A DNA stretch of 63,834 bases, the filler included, from Basidiobolus ranarum (Eukaryota): the NCBI GenBank assembly GCA_040143965.1. It is 6 parts of 6 records of this genome, joined end to end, with 100 filler letters (N's around TTAATTAATTAA, not from the genome) between each part and the next. Parts side by side here need not be neighbours in the genome. Positions count along the whole stretch, not along the records: positions 32,016 to 42,570 come from JASJQH010000695.1; positions 42,671 to 53,214 come from JASJQH010000696.1; 4 more parts are not named here. One strand, 5' to 3'. The notes under the pieces were generated by a model, which was not told the origin of the DNA, ran no database searches, and saw nothing but the letters and a program-made list of their open reading frames with translations. The position numbers and the translations under genes are program-made. Positions 39,135 to 52,579 of this stretch are shown here, in pieces; the stretch's first letter is position 1; each line of letters begins with the position of its first letter.

Positions 39135-39699
39135 CTTGATAAGGTAAAGAGACTATTTGTAACAGACGCGTACCTAACCCTAATATTTCAACCATAACTT
39201 TCAACAAAAAATCCCTTTTTTAACTAACAAACTTTGATCATGAATTTACCATGGTTGTATGGAATCCGAAAGTTGGGGAAAACCAGGGATAAATCTTGAA
39301 TAACCTAAATTTCGGATGATTTATTTATAGACTTTCATGGCTTTGTGATGTAAAATATTAAAGCATTATTCGTAGCGTTTCTTTAATATAATTAATGGGT
39401 TCACAATATGATAAATGAATATAAGAAAGCGTACAGTGGAAGTGGCTATGATTATGCTACGACTATAGTACACACATCATAGAGAAGCAAGTGACGATTG
39501 AGAAATCGCCTACCACTTCTACAACATAAAAAATCCCCATGTTTACAACATTGATCATCCCTTTCCCAAAATTAGGTGACCAGTAACTGGGACGGGGTGG
39601 AGGCGGGTGAGGAAATAAAAGAGAATAGCTTGTTTTAAGGGTGTACTATGGAACAAAGGTATGGTTTGATTGCATGAGTAGTTGAAAATACGAACCAGT

Positions 39700-42570
39700 C
39701 TTGTCATGTCTAGCCTTGTAATCTCCACCCAAGAACCCTCCTTCTTTCTAGCCTCTTATCTCTGCTTCCATCACTTATCCAGCTCCTTATTGTGATAGCT
39801 TCTCAGCCCAAAATCCTGATTACTGACTGGCTGGAAAGATAACCTTTTTGCTGATTACCATATTTTTATGGGCAGAGATAATATGCCAATTTCTGGAAGC
39901 TGGTTCTAAACTATTGGTACTCTCAGAGTAATTATCAGGTTTGCTGATACAAATTGATGCATTTCCAGTGTTGCCTAATACTTTACTACTTGTATAGCTG
40001 CTTGATTTCTAAATAGCATATAATGATATGTTTTTGTTGGTTTCAGTACTTGTAGTGAAATTTAGGACTTGATTATTACTTGTTGGTATATTTTAGTAAT
40101 ATATATCATAGGTATTGGTAATGATTTGTGCTTTGTTGTAGATTTAATGGTGACTGATGTTTAGACCTTGTTCCTGATGTGATATTCTATAAACTTTGAT
40201 AATGTTGCTACATAATTTCAGATTTCAAATTTGATACAATTACAGTATCAATTTTCAATGAATCATATTCAAAGTTGATGTCAGTACTTGTTAGATCAAG
40301 ATATCTTGCAAAACCTGTCAACTCAGAATTTGAGTTAGTGAGAAATATGGTTTGAGGCAAAATCGAATTTTCTCTTCATCACAAGATTTGAGAATTTCAT
40401 CATTTAATAGAGTATCTCTGGAACTGACAATTTGATTTGTGCTATCTATTAGGAGCTGATAGCCTTGTGTTGATTTCCTAACAGGATATATTTAAATACC
40501 TTCTTGTCCAATTACCTATACTCAGATTAAGAAATTTGAGCATATATAGCTTATCTAAATATTCTGAGATGATTCATATTAGGCTTTTTTCCAGTCTGAA
40601 TCTCAATAGGAATTTTAGAGTCATGCTTGATATGTATTAAACTGCTATTTTGGAGGTATGTTGCTGTTAAACTGGCTTCACCCCAAGATGGTCTTAGGGA
40701 GATCTGAGTCAATCAGCATTGTATTTTGTAGTCAGGCACAAGGGTGTTGACCTAAATACTCAGAAGTAAGATTAATCCCACAACAAATCCCTAGAAAAGC
40801 TGAATTTATATACTGGAAGCTTAAACACTGTTAGAAGATATATTCTTCACTCCATCTTTAAAAGGTAGAGACACATAAGAGTACATCAATAGCTTGAAGA
40901 TTTTCTGAGAAACAATTGTTTCTGATGATATAACTATGAAGAACCTTCAATATCACCAGGGTATATATAACTCCAGTGGTTTCCCTGACTTGATGTCTGA
41001 AGAAAAAGATGTAGTTCATCAGGATTGGCAAAGACTTTGATGAAGAGTGAAGTATATAGGAGCACTACTATTATAGCTGTGGCTTTGTTACTGTGAGCAC
41101 ATCAGCATATGTTACTGCTACAGCTCTGTGTGGGATTTGAAAGTAATCCATTGGTTGGTTTCAAAGCTTCCACCAAGTGTGTGAGTATCCACAGGTCCTG
41201 AATTCCTGTGTTCTGAATACATGCTAGTCTGGATTATTTAGTGCCAATTCTGAAATGGTTGTAGCTCCACCTATAATTGTTCAAATCTATGTAAAGCTCA
41301 AATACAGTGTATTGTGATTGTAGCTGGAATTTTGTACCTAATTATGTATTGATTCAACCATGTGTAATTGAAAACACTTGCTCTTATCTTGATCTGCTAA
41401 AATATCATGATTAACAATTGGTAATGTTCTCCCTACTTAATATATGTAAGATATTGTGGGAATATTTCCAACATTATATTAAGCTTTCTCCATGAAAGCC
41501 ATATTAATCCTTTCTGCTTCTCCATTGTGCTCTGCATTATTGATCCAGTAGCTCTTCTATCCCAGAGTTAGGATATTTGTTCTTGATGGTAACTAAGTGC
41601 TATGTTTGATAAGCAACACACATTCCTAGGGTTCCATCTTTCTTCTTGTCATACAAGGCTGGTCCTTCTCATGGTGACTTGCTTGCTCTTATATATTTTT
41701 GTTACAAGAGCTGGTCAATTGGCTTTTTAATCTCTTGTAGCTCCAATGAACTCATGTGGCAGAGTGCTTTGCTAATATGTTTGCTGTCTCCTGCATCAAA
41801 TGCATGATCTATTTCTCAAGCAGGTGGAAGCTCTGTCAGTTCCTCTGGAATACATCATGATATTCCTTCAATAAATTGATCATTGCAGTTGGGATATCCT
41901 TCCACTCCTTTTCCTGCATTACAGCAATCAGGAACACTCATGATTTCTCCAGACTGCTTGGCTGTAATGAAAGTATTTAGGGGATTTCAAAGTGTTTTGG
42001 ACAAGATTTCAATGTGTGAATTAGATACTTGGGTTCTATTCTATTGAATATGTCCTACCTATTCTCAAACAAAATGATGACTAAGATGTATATGATTTGT
42101 TCTAGCATGAAATGTAGGATTTTTAGTTAATGATATTCAACTATGATTATTTTTGAATACAGTGATAGCACATTTTCCATGTATCTTCAATCTGTAAATG
42201 ACTTCTTTAACCATGTAGCTTTGTGTGTAGTAGCAGAGGCCAACTTATACTTTGCTTCTTTATTAGAAAGTGCTATGATTAGTTGCTTTTACTATTCCAA
42301 ATTATGGCTCCATTAACATAGGGAAAGTTTACCCAGTTGTTATTCTTGTATCATCAAGGTTTATTCCCTGGTCTTCATCACTGTTGCATTCACAAGGTTG
42401 TACATTGGGAGTGACAGAGTATTCCAAAACTGGATCTACAGTTCATCTCAAATATCTGAATATTCCTTTTACTGCATTTTGTGCTCAGATCCTGGATTTT
42501 TGAGTATTTGGCTGACAATTTCCACTGCTACAGCAATGTCTACACATGCTCCAGCCATTGTACACAATAG
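39700..42570 (-). mobile_element. Mixed TE debris: copia integrase (~40300-40720), gypsy PR/RT (~41400-42000), copia RNase H (~42060-42570)
   Basis: Minus strand gives KKPNMNHLRIF, ELPPA*EIDHAFDAGD, KKKDGTLGMCV, WNSKKQLIIALSNKEAKYK and NPGSEHK. Stop-ridden and CpG-poor. Confidence 0.8.
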
Positions 42571-42670
42571 NNNNNNNNNNNNNNNNNNNNNNNNNNNNNN
42601 NNNNNNNNNNNNNNTTAATTAATTAANNNNNNNNNNNNNNNNNNNNNNNNNNNNNNNNNNNNNNNNNNNN
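42571..42670. other. Artificial contig linker
   Basis: N44-TTAATTAATTAA-N44. Confidence 0.97.
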
Positions 42671-42745
42671 TTCAGAAGAGGGAAAAGTTCCTGAAATTTG
42701 AGAAGAAGACATTACAGAGAATGCAAGCCCAGGGCTCACATAGCC

Positions 42746-43092
42746 TGTCAAAGTGCTTGGTAGCCTGTTAGCACTGATTTGAAAATTAGTGAAATTGTTT
42801 CTTTCACTTAATGCTTTATTGTGTGGAAAGTTGACATTTATAGTTTTGTCTGGACATAAACAAACTAACATGTAGAGTGCGTTTAGGAAGGTCCCCATAA
42901 CATGTGCGTCAAGTCTGGGGCTTCTAGTATAAGTTATCAAAATCTATATATCTGAGAACTTCTAAGTTGTTAGAAATATTCAAAGTAAATTCCAATTGAA
43001 AATAATGGATAATATCTTAGTGAAAGTGTAAGATAACTAAGTACTAAGCTATATATGACTATATAGGTGTTTAGGCAATGCTAATTTCAACA
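42746..43092 (-). mobile_element. Copia LTR family A (5' LTR) with degenerate PBS at 42732-42745
   Basis: Reverse complement of LTR-A. Adjacent GGCTATGTGAGCCC and the leader CTCTGTAATGTCT match 1079-1115. Confidence 0.88.
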
Positions 43093-43543
43093 GTTTAGGC
43101 AGTGTTAATTTCAACAAAATCATTGTCAAGGCCATGAGTATGGCTTTGCAGAGAATGTTTTAACAAATGCAGTAGTCAAAAATAACAGAATTACTGAGGA
43201 TTATGTTGCTGTATAAGAAAGAAGACATATGAATTCATCTTTACAAAAGAATCACCTTTTGGAATTTATCAAAGTTTACCCTAGCACTGGACATATTGAG
43301 AACGCAAGTCTAAGTAAAACGCAATGGAATGTAAAAAATCGGACTGTTCACATACCCACAGATCCCTTACTACAATTCCATATAAGTAAACTATAGCATA
43401 CGGTGAGCAACCTGACTAGAAACAGTCTAGTTCTCATCTGAATTTGTGTATAACGTATGGGGCCCCAAACCAATAGTGAAACACCAAGATAGCATAAATA
43501 AAGCGAGAAATAACATGGGGATTTATCATTTACAATTGTCAGT

Positions 43544-45117
43544 ATGCTTAGTCAAGATACAAACCTCACACCTGCAACCCCTATCACACTGACAATCCTT
43601 GGAGCTGGCCAGCGGTAAGTAATGTTCATATTAAGGTGTATAGTATTGCTTCTCTAATTGTGTACCTATTTCTTTACTTGGCAGTGGGTATATCTATGCT
43701 TCCTTTGCTCTAAAGTATCCAAATTGGTTGCGTATTGTTGCCGTGGCTGAGCCAAATCAGATTCGAAGAGAGGAAATGGCTCAAGTAAATATCAGCTATA
43801 ACACTTATTTATTTATTTCTTTATCCGAAAACAAGTAAAACTAAGTTGTAATCATTAGCAACATGGGATTGCTCCCGAGAATGTAGTCAGTGACTGGCGC
43901 GACTTGGTTAATCGTCCTCAACTGTCCGATGCAGTTGCCATATGTCTACTTGACAACCTTCACTGCGCGGCGTGTGTCGCTTTTGCCAATCACAAGTACC
44001 ATATCCTTCTTGAGAAGCCTATGGCCACCACCATGGATGATTGTTTAAAAATCACCGATGCTGTCTCGCGAGCTGGCACCCTCTTTGCTGTATCCCATGT
44101 ATTACGCTACACCCTGCTCAACAAGGCGATTAAGAAAATTTTGGATGAGGGTACAATTGGTCAGGTGATCAACATACAACATTTAGAACCGGTAGGATTC
44201 TATCATTTTGCTCATAGTTTTGTACGAGGAAATTGGAAGAATGAAGGGGAAAGTACCTTTTCACTGATGAGCAAAAGCTGTCATGACATTGATCTTATTG
44301 CTTGGTTTATGGGTGTGCCATGCGAAGTAAATACATCTCTCGCTCTTATGGTATTCAGTTTCACTTTTTACTAACATTATTTATTATCTAGCGCGTGAGC
44401 TCTTTCGGCTCCCTGACTCACTTTAAGCCCTCAGGTAAACCAATCGCAGCTGGATCAGCAACACGTTGTCTCTCCTGCCCTGTAGCTAATCAATGTCCCT
44501 ATGATGCTAAGAAGATTTATCTTAATCCTGTGATTGAGAGTGGCTTAACAACCTGGCCTGTAAGCGTTATCACTGAGATTCCAGACATTGAGAATGTCAC
44601 CCGGGCGCTGGAGGAAGGGCCCTATGGACGTTGTGCGTATGAATGTGATAATGATGTTGTTGACCAGCAGGCTATGAATATGGACTTTACTGGGGGCGCC
44701 ACAGCTGCGTTTTCCATGGTGGCAACAACAGAAGCCCTTTGTGAGCGAAAAACTCGTATTTTTGGAACATTGGGGCAACTCGAGGCCGATGCAGATACAA
44801 ATGAGTTGAGATGGTTTGATTTTGTGAAAAGAGAGAGAAAAGTTTTCTATCCTTATGAGGAAGACCCAGAATCAGCAAAGTCTGGGCATGGTGGAGGAGA
44901 TTTTGCGTTTTTACGTACGTTTTTAAATGCGATTGTGCGGAAGGAACAGAAAGGAATGCCCTCCGTACAAGAAACGCTCAACTCTCACATATATGTGTTT
45001 GCAGGAGAGCACGCTCGACGTACAGGAACAGTTGTGAATGTGGAGGAGTATAGGCAATTACATATGAAGCAAATGTTGACGCAGTCATCTACCTCTACTA
45101 CGAATGAAGATATTTAA
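43544..45117 (+). CDS. Gfo/Idh/MocA-family NAD(P)-dependent oxidoreductase (YteT/StrI-like), 4 exons
   Basis: ILGAGQR/G Rossmann motif, VAVAEP, LLEKPMA, HVLRYT, HSFVRGNW, KSCHDIDL, GPYGRC and HGGGD. Three GT-AG introns splice in frame. Confidence 0.93.
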
Positions 45118-45559
45118 GTTTGTCCTCCTATCTTGAATCTAGTAGAAATACATGATGGTAGAGCTGGGAATGAAATATCGAAGGATACCAAATGTAGTGC
45201 TACTTATCACTGTTAGGCCCATTGTGAATGATAAAATTGCAAATAAAAGTCACACTGATAAAATGAACCTTGTTGTAAACTAATAGCATGATCCTTCCTA
45301 CTTTCTCTTTGCACTCATATATTTGAATATATGTTTTACTTCGTAAATAATTAAGATATAGAAGGAAGAATAGATCATAAGGAGAATGATGGACATACTA
45401 AGCAATTCCCTACAACGTCCTAACGTCAACATATAGAACTCAGATAGTAAAATGGGCTATGAACGCACCCTATTCCAGCCAATATTTCATTCGCAGTATG
45501 GTGGGTATATAGTTTTCTAGAACCCAAGAGCAAGTTTTCGTGGGAATCATGTGTTAGCT

Positions 45560-46300
45560 CAGAATATTACGATTGTATACTATGGATCGTCACCCCAAAT
45601 CACTCAAAATGCCTCAACCGGAATTCATTTAACCAAGCGAAGATCGATGATTGCTCAGCTGACTATCCGCAGACAGCACAATATTTACAATGTGAACGAT
45701 AAGATCACTTCTGAAATCAATTCCTCACATTAGTGATTCGCCATGTGTTAGAGCCGCGTGAAGTAGGAATGCTCTGACAGCACTGTAAGGTTTCTGTCCA
45801 CGATTAACTTCATATTGGAGTTGATGAAACTCCTCAGCATACGTGACTATTCAAATGGTATTCAGCTAGGAATTCCGAGTCAATGTGGAAACAGCAACTA
45901 CCAACAGTATACTTGATCAATGAGAAACACGCAGCTATCTCTAACTGGCAAAGAGAGATTTTAAAACTACTGACTAAATATGTTACTATTCCTGAGTTCT
46001 CACATGGCGAATACAGTGATAAAGATTTATTCCTTAAGAGGCCAACCATCAAAGTTACTGGAAATGGTAGTGATATGGACGCTTCAGAGCCTTCTGCTCC
46101 TGTAAAGCTCTCAAAACCTACTGCTACTCTCACCAAGCCTTCACTAAACCTGACAATAATGGTGATACACCTGACCATTGCTCTAGTTTGGAAACCAAAT
46201 GTGCCAATCCCGGCCAGTCACGTGAAAGAATGGATACAACATACTCAATTTATTGTGTACCTGGAACTGTGTGCCATGGTGGTGTTAACCAAATGACAAT
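45560..46300 (+). pseudogene. Decayed secreted chitin-active gene (AA11 LPMO-like C-terminus + linker + CBM19-like Cys domain)
   Basis: VTIPEFSHGEYSDKDLFLKRPTIKV, then a Pro/Thr linker. After a frameshift: HCSSLETKCANPGQS...YCVPGTVC. Upstream part is full of stops. Family assignment is from recalled motifs. Confidence 0.45.
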
Positions 46301-47737
46301 TAGTCTTTAGTTTAGGAAATAATTTGTTAGTGAGAATCTCTTTACAATCTAATGGATTTTGCTTTTTAGAATAATGATGCTGTTTCGCTACTATTACAAA
46401 ATTCTCCATATTTTGCTACTTTTCAAGGTTGTATGTTCAGTACAACCTCTGGTCATTTTCACTATAAAGTTGAAACATTTAACTATGACTGATCCATTAC
46501 CAAGTTAATACCTACATATTGTTTAGGTAGCCTGTTCTTTATTACTAGGTAAACCTTCATACTCAGACACTAAGGATTAGGCATATCGATATAGGTCCTC
46601 ATTTGAAATTAGATGGGACAGAGAACACTGATGGTTGTGTGGGGTGATTACATTTTAAAAACATATTTTCAAATAGCGTTTCTAACCACGATGTTCTTCT
46701 TGAAGACAGATGTTTGCAAGGTTCAGCATAAAGACATGTCCTCTCGAGTATATACAGAAAATTGCTGTACCAAAATACTCCCATCATACATGTTATAACG
46801 TACTTTCTAATTGATGTGACTTGCATTCCTCCTCCATTTATTCGCGTATATTGTTAGTTCCCATATGGATGAACTCCATGAGTAACAGGTATACCATGTT
46901 GATTACTAAATGCGACCAGCTTAAACCAAATCAATTTTATTGAAGAATTATTGGGCTCTATGCTGAAAACTGTGCACACAGTAAGCAACAAAAAAGCCAA
47001 CCTCACTTCCTGTGGTACAATTCGTTCTATTGATTTATGAGATTCAAGTTTATTATCTGCCTTCTCTCCTATCAAGAAGGATAAAATCTGCTTGATTAAA
47101 GCTTCCCAACTATATCAATTGGTGACTGATAGTAGGCATCATAGCTCTGGCTACATCTCCAGTTACAGTTGGAAAATGCCTATTGAACAATTGTTAGGAA
47201 GAGACCGAATTGCGATGACTGGAAATTTGACTCTAAATTTCAGCATATATCTTCTAGTAGTCCTAAACACTTCCAATTTACCACCGAATCTACAGTAGTT
47301 TCGTTGCCTAACTTTAATGCGATTTAGTCCTGGATTTCTCTATATATTTACTTTATGGAAAGATATCTCATTAAATCAATATCTCAGGTTTCTATTTCAC
47401 AGATGGTAGCATATTCACAATAGGAAGCGACGCCCAATTATTGCTTTAACATAATAGAATAGTGAAGAAGACTGATTTTAAACCCGATGAATTGATTAAG
47501 GAGTTAAAAATATTGTTGTGTGAGAAGCTCCTGCTAATGATTAACTATACCCTACTACTAGTAGGGCTCTACATAGCAGGGCATGTCCATCATATTGGCA
47601 CAATTGATTCAAAACGTTGAGAATGTACTTTATTCACAGCATGAACATAATGTGGAGAGCAATGATAGTGCCTAATATTTCAACTAGATACGGTATTTGA
47701 AAGTATTACAATGCTGCGGTATGGGTGATTAGCCAAT

Positions 47738-49201
47738 TTACAATTGTTTCATTAACCAGGACAACAAGTCTACTTTGGTGACTACATGTTCGACCGTGAG
47801 CTCAGCAGTAGAAATCTTTTCGAGATCTGTTGCACGCTTGGTAACAATAGCGGATGAATTCGTTTCAAAGAAGCGGGACATCTCGGCCAATGGAGTATCA
47901 TTTGTAATCTCAAAGAAGTCTTTCTTGGTAGTACTAAACTTAAACATCACTTTGCTTACTGGTGATTCGCCTGTAATCTTTCCAGAGCTAACTTTGGAGA
48001 GAATATTACCCATAGTGACCAAGCCAATGACCCGATGAGTTTCAGAAACAACCGGGAGTTGATCAAAGTGGTTTTTCTCCATGATACTTAGAGCCTCACG
48101 ACAGGTGGTCTTTGGTTCAGCAGTAACGGCCGCTGGTAAGTTCAAATCCTTGATCGTGGCTCCACCCCATTTTTCAGTTTGTTTTTGTTCTTCTCTTTGG
48201 CTAACTCTGTCAGTGAAATGGTTCTCCTTCATCCAATCATCACTCAAGAATTTGGTCATATAATTCCGGACAGAATCGGGTAGAATAACGACACAGCGCT
48301 GACCTGCTTTTAGTTTCTTTGCCACTTGGATAGCAGCAGCCATAGCTGTACCCGAGGATCCACCACATAAAAGCCCTTCTTCTCTGATTAGACGACGAGC
48401 CATAATGAAAGAGTCTTTGTCATTACTTTTCACCCAAGTATCGATGTATTGGCGTTCAAGAACTTCCGGAATGAAGTCATAGCCAATTCCTTCAACCTTG
48501 TAACCGGTGATGTCAGTGTCATTCAAGGATTCAGGTTGAGCTAAGATGGAACCCAACGGATCCACACCAACGATCTCAACATTAGGGCATCGTTCTTTTA
48601 ATTTCTTGGCAATACCTGTGATGGTACCACCAGTACCTGCTCCTGCGACAATCATATCCACTCGGCCGTCACAGGCCCGTAAAATTTCCTCAGCGGTATC
48701 TTCATAATGGGCCATAGGATTATTAGGATTGGCGTATTGGTCCAAAATAACGCTGTTGGGGATCTCTTTGTTTAAACGTCTAGCAACACCTATATGAGAC
48801 TCTGGGGCGTCCCAAGCAGCTTCAGTAGGAGTACGAATGATCTCAGCTCCAAGTGCTTTAAGTACATCCACTTTCTCTTGAGACATTTTCTCGGGAAGAG
48901 TAATAATCACTCTATAACCTTTCACTGCACCAGCAAGTGCAAGGCCAATACCAGTATTACCAGAGGTCGGCTCGATAATAGTATATCCAGGTTTAAGAAT
49001 ACCAGCTTTTTCTGCTTCCTCCACCATTCGTCTCCCAATACGATCCTTTACTGACCCACCAGCGTTAAAGAATTCACATTTGGCCAAAAGTTCACATTCA
49101 AGACCCTCAGCCTAGGATATTTTGTTGATACGTACAAGTGGAGTATTCCCAATATTCTCCAGTATAGTACCTGATATGCGAAGCTCGTTAGAAATAGTCA
49201 T
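47738..49201 (-). CDS. CYS4: Cystathionine beta-synthase (intronless) with a single in-frame TAG at 49112-49114
   Basis: [82 protein letters not shown] and a C-terminal CBS pair. Otherwise an intact frame. Confidence 0.93.
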
Positions 49202-49394
49202 CGCAAATAAGTGAATATTCTCGTTAAAGTATGTTAGATTGAAAAAGGGCGGGCGAGGTTGAGGTAAGAGGTGATGATGAAGTAGAGTATTTATGCATAA
49301 TGGCTTCGTATTCAGTTTGTCATATTGAAGGATCAACGAATATTCGAGGCAAATTTGGATGATGGCTTGAAATTATTACGTTAACGAACAGACC

Positions 49395-49402
49395 GTCACG
49401 TG
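49395..49402. promoter_or_regulatory. Cbf1-type E-box GTCACGTG about 195 bp upstream of the CBS ATG
   Basis: Exact TCACGTG; a CCAAT box lies further upstream at about 49590. Confidence 0.45.
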
Positions 49403-50225
49403 GATACTCATGTTTCAGTAAGCTTGAGACGAAATATAGGGAAACAGTCCACTCAAATACGAAATCAGCGACTAAGTTTAATCTATTAGATCAATATAAT
49501 ACCAGAACAATGCATCCCCTCTGGTGAATAAATTGGCAAAATGGTAGAGTGAATCCCGACTAGTCCGGTAGTTCGAAGTCACTCATTAGACCAATCAGAT
49601 GGAAGAAACCGATGATTATTCACACCACTTATTAGGGGTAATAGTGAGAGTGGGAACTATTCACACTACCTTGGTCATTAGACCCAGATCTTGCCTACTG
49701 TATAGCATTCCATTTTCTATAGCATAGGTATCCAAACAGCTGCTAATAAGTCGATATCCCTTAGCGGCCCAAAACCAAAGGATTGATAGATTGTTGTTGA
49801 GAATATCACCACTTGAATATGAAGACAAATTAGCAAAGTGCATAGAATTTAGTAAATAAGCGTATCAGTAATGGAGCCAGAGCTAACGAGGATGTTGGAA
49901 TGAGATCCGACCCCTTGGTAACTAGTTGGGGAGTATTCTCACGACTCTTCGAATCCACACTAAAACTCATCAAAACGGGTATATCTCTTCCTCATCTTAG
50001 CCTTGTTGGTTGGTTGGATGTCTTTTGACAATTAAACGCCAATTTTCCAGCCCTTAATCAATAAAGTTACCCACATCAAAACTACAGATGTCCCTTGTGA
50101 GAATGACATTGATACAATGATGGATATAAATATTACGGTCAAGTTTAATAGTGACTAGCGGTAATCAAAACGAATGTTCATTGTGTGGTGGGTCCAGGTG
50201 GGGATTTTATGATGTGGGAAGAATT

Positions 50226-52579
50226 CTAGAAACGGCTTGTATCTCTTCCAAATATCCAAGTCAAAAACCAATACATTGGTATTAATACCTTATTCTTATT
50301 CGAAACACTCATAGTGAAGTAGGCTGATCTCCAGAACAGCCATGACATCCATCCAGCATATTTCATATCATGTTTCTTATCAGAGCCCAGTTCGACAATA
50401 GCTGTAAAAGAAAGGTATAATGTATGTTAATCGATGCAAAGCCTATTCGTAAACATGTGCTTTGCTAACCTTTCCATCCACCAACATATGCCATACTAGC
50501 AATATGATGGTAATCAAATGGCTTGGTCACATCTAAGATATTAGCCGTTCCCTCACGAGCTAATTTGTTCAAAGCTGAAATAAAAGAATTAGACATCTTG
50601 ACCCGGAATTTCTCTGAACAGAGCTAAGATCGAGCTACCTTTAACTAAGTAGTCTCCCTTTTGCTTCGCAACCTGAGCAGTGGCTGGTAGGTCGTAGTCT
50701 TTAATCGTTGAACAGTCACCCAAAGCGTACCTTGAGACGAAGTTAGATATTATGTATATCTATTGAAATGGAAGAGGCTCATTTACGTACACATTTTCGA
50801 TTGGCTCCTCAGTTAAAGGATCCAAAACGCGTAAATGATGGTCAGTAAGTAATCGTTTTCTACTATCTTTAGCGACTTGGCCCTCCATGGCCTTTACGAG
50901 AGGATTCTCTGTTAATCCGGTAGCCCAAACGACCAAACCAGTAGGTTCTACAGAAATTAGATATCAGGATTACTATGTCCTGCGATATCACTGGCAATAA
51001 ACCCAGCTTACCTTCACCTCCGCCCTTTATCTTAATGGAATGAGAGCACACTTCCTCGATTATGGCGCCCGTACGAATTTTGATTCCTCTTCTCATGAAC
51101 CTCTTAGTTACATATTGTTCCAAGGAAGAGTCAAAGTTTGAAAGGATATTAGGGGCTACGTCGTAGATAGTCATCTGTACTTTGTCAATCAAATTTGGGT
51201 ACAGCTTGGAGAGATCATCAGAAATGAAATCATGTAGCTCTCCAGAAAACTCGATTCCCTATCAAAGATTTGATTGTTATTAACTCCTACATTTATGTAT
51301 ATACATATCCCAAATAGGGAAGTACTTACGGTAGGTCCACCTCCAACAACTTTGATCAACGGAAATAGGAAATAGAGAAATGTGAGTGACCAAGAGACTT
51401 AGACAGCAGAGATAGGCTTATTTGTATGTGTTGCATAATTACCCGCAAAATGCAGCAATGAAAGCTGGTCTTTCTCTGATGTTCCCGGTTGTGATGCTTG
51501 CTCGAAGCCTAAAGGTGGATTAGCACTAAGGGAAAGGTCAAGCTAATCAGGGCATGTCTAGAGGAACTTACGTTCAATTACACGATGACGAATAGCTCTA
51601 GCATCATTGATATCCTTGAGGAAAAAAGCATTTTCCTGGACACCAGGGACATTAAAAGTGTTCGAATAGGCCCCCACTGAGACGATTAAAGTATCATAGT
51701 CAAGGATGAATTTTTCATTCTTATCACCCAAATTACTTGTACACAATATCTGTTGCTTTTTTAAATCTGGCGAAATCAAATCCCGAATCGAAGATGGTAA
51801 AGAGTTAATATATCGCACCCAAAATAGAACGCCAGAGCGTTCCCGCATTCATTATAATCGCATCTACAAACGTACCAATACTGTCACACCAAGCTTCATA
51901 GAAATTGGCTTCTCTGGCATGTTGCTTTACTGGCTCTAGAATACAGCGAGACTCTAACGTTCCAACGGAGGTACTGGCAAGCAAGGGGGTGAATACAAAG
52001 TAATTCCGTGGTGAAACCACATGAACGTCATATTTCTTTTTATTCACTTTCTTCAAAACCTTAAAGCCTTATTTATCCGCAAGGAAAGATTCAATATTAA
52101 TAAGTAGATTTTAATATAAATTCGATCAAAGTGAATACAATATCTTACCAGCCCAGCCAGTTCCTAAAAGAGAGTGCAACAAGCAAATAAAGGACCAGGA
52201 TAACGATGAGTTACTAAGATGAACGAATTTTAAAAAATTCAAGTTACACTAGAGCCTTCCTTACCTAGAATCACCAATCGTCCTGATAGATGGTATTTCA
52301 AAATAAATTATTGGCATCGAGTGTTAAGAATCTGATGACGAAATGCTTGTATTTACCTTGACTCTTTCCAACTGAGGTCACAAATCGCTTAGGAGCACCA
52401 TACCCCAAAGCCCTGAGAGTTGGATTATTGGAGGTGACCCATGAAGTGGAGGCTTGATGAGGCAGAGAAATGGAAGGGAAGGGCTTAGGCAAGCTCCTTG
52501 TCAATCCTAAGTCGAATTAAGCATCAGCATCAGGCAAAAAGGCACAAGATAGAAATTCCAAACCTAATAATGAGGCCAT
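50226..52579 (-). CDS. Type II (alternative) mitochondrial NADH dehydrogenase, many short exons
   Basis: [86 protein letters not shown] and FWRSAYFT...IFGRDTSRF*. Confidence 0.93.

Noticed and set aside
49560-49580. GTTCGAA B-box-like motif
   Set aside because: No cloverleaf or A box; no tRNA or rRNA gene was recognisable anywhere in the window.
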